Position numbers and translations under genes: made by a program. DNA of 32,000 nucleotides, from contig NZ_CP021983.2 of assembly GCF_002075285.3 (NCBI RefSeq), forward strand, positions 2,100,001 to 2,132,000, given 5' to 3'. The DNA comes from Halomicronema hongdechloris C2206 (GTDB lineage: Bacteria; Cyanobacteriota; Cyanobacteriia; Phormidesmidales; Phormidesmidaceae). Positions 31,272 through 32,000 of the stretch are shown piece after piece. Below the pieces are notes generated by a model. It searched no databases. It was not told the DNA's origin and saw only the letters and a list, made by a program, of their open reading frames with translations. Within the stretch, counting starts at the first letter, position 1. Each line of letters starts with the position of its first letter.

Positions 31272-31524
31272 AATCAGTCTTAGAAATACTGGAGGCCAGA
31301 TTGGGAAGCAGGTCTATGTCAATCCTCTTGACCTGCCGATTGAAGGCATTTCAATAGCTTCAGGCATCAGGCTAGCAGATAGAGGGAAGCCTTAGAGCAG
31401 GGAATAAACAAGCAATGGTGACTAAGTTAGCTGATTACCCAGGCAATGACAAGAGGAGAACCAAGCTACCGATGATACCAATAGTAGAGTGCAATTGAGC
31501 AATACGAGATGGAAATCAAGTGCC

Positions 31525-31621
31525 GTGCAAATTTTGCACATCAGTCTGCAACAACGACTCCCTGGGATCATGCAATGTGCAATGCATTGCATGAAGCCTA
31601 CCCTTGATGCAGCAAATTTGC
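31525..31621. promoter_or_regulatory. Cluster of three related palindromes (candidate operator sites) 254-350 nt upstream of the first cluster gene
   Basis: GTGCAAA-T-TTTGCAC (31525-31539). TGCAATGCATTGCA (31578-31591), nested in CATGCAAT..ATTGCATG (31569-31593) and preceded by a direct TGCAATG (31571-31577). GCAAATTTGC (31612-31621). All share a GCAA(A/T)/(A/T)TTGC half-site. No binding protein can be assigned. Confidence 0.35.
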
Positions 31622-31637
31622 AAGTGTTTTGAGGACG

Positions 31638-31694
31638 ACATGACATCAATCAATCCTTAACATCGATTGATGCTTGGGATGAAGCCTGTCATGT
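31638..31694. promoter_or_regulatory. Nested inverted repeats in the upstream non-coding region
   Basis: ACATGACA (31638-31645) pairs with TGTCATGT (31687-31694). CATCAATC (31644-31651) pairs with GATTGATG (31665-31672). On the plus strand this is followed by TTTTCT. The stems are AT-rich and asymmetric, so the function (RNA structure, weak terminator or protein site) is open. Confidence 0.25.
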
Positions 31695-31967
31695 TTTCTG
31701 CAAAGACTCAGTTCGCTTAGATTCTTTATCCATAAAGGGCTCAGAGAACGGCTCCAGACATCATTCATTGATTTAATTCAATACCAGGCAATTCAGATTT
31801 AGACCTTTACCTAGCTGCATTTAATCAAAATCGTTACCATTAGAAGATAAACATCGGAACACTTAGGATTTTTCAGTAAAACTTAATATTCAATTCGCTG
31901 AGATGACTAATATCAAATCCGCTAAAATGACTGGCGTTACAGCGATTGATCACAACTGCGACATGTC

Positions 31968-31997
31968 ATTCCGGGCAAGCGCAGCGCGACCCGGAAT
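31968..31997. repeat. GC-rich hairpin or REP-like element at the window edge
   Basis: ATTCCGGG (31968-31975) and CCCGGAAT (31990-31997) are perfect reverse complements around a 14-nt loop, CAAGCGCAGCGCGA. It is truncated context at the right edge, so copy number is unknown. Confidence 0.3.
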
Positions 31998-32000
31998 CCA

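Noticed and set aside
31422-31649. A Cys-rich 75-aa minus-strand ORF (about 11 Cys) just upstream of the cluster, which is tempting as a small peptide or precursor.
   Set aside because: The cysteines arise from the TGCA-rich palindromes (TGC codons) that the ORF reads through. There is no leader/core architecture or recognisable family, and no supporting start context. It was kept only as a caveat to the operator interpretation.
31638-31694. Calling the nested inverted repeat followed by TTTT a Rho-independent terminator of an upstream plus-strand gene.
   Set aside because: The stems are AT-rich, interrupted by an asymmetric 14-nt bulge, and there is no supported plus-strand gene ending here. 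It is kept as an unassigned inverted repeat with low confidence.
31903-32000. A possible 5' end of a divergent plus-strand gene (ATG at 31903, open to the window edge; MTNIKSAKMTGVTAIDHNCDMSFRASAARPGI..).
   Set aside because: Only ~32 codons are visible with no recognisable motif, and the stretch includes the GC-rich hairpin repeat. The evidence is insufficient to call a CDS.

Overview
Positions 1-31271 are almost entirely one minus-strand, operon-like secondary-metabolite gene cluster. It holds 12 co-directional genes separated by 0-70 nt. They encode a hybrid NRPS-PKS assembly line primed by a fatty acyl-AMP ligase (FAAL). In transcription order (31271 down to 1) the genes are: (1) FAAL-ACP-C-A(Asn)-T; (2) KS-AT-KR-T plus a C-terminal FkbM-type methyltransferase; (3-7) a 3-hydroxyacyl-CoA dehydrogenase, a free-standing ACP, a sulfotransferase split by one in-frame TAG, an acyl-CoA dehydrogenase and an FkbH-like enzyme, which together look like a hydroxymalonyl-ACP cassette; (8) C-A(Gly)-T-C-A(Gly)-T; (9) a group II PLP decarboxylase; (10) KS-AT-KR(degenerate)-T; (11) a luciferase-like monooxygenase; (12) C-A(Gly)..., which runs off the window at position 1. 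No TE, E, Cy or release domain, transporter, tRNA, rRNA, CRISPR array or IS element was seen. The three Gly-type A domains are near-identical at nucleotide level, with blocks of about 390 and 540 nt showing no mismatch. They form a GC-rich island with sharp composition breaks at domain boundaries. At least nine HIP1 octamers (GCGATCGC) point to a cyanobacterial host. The only non-coding stretch (31272-32000) contains a cluster of related TGCAA/TTGCA palindromes upstream of the first gene. Function calls rest on motifs read from the translations. No database search was possible, so novelty is unverified.
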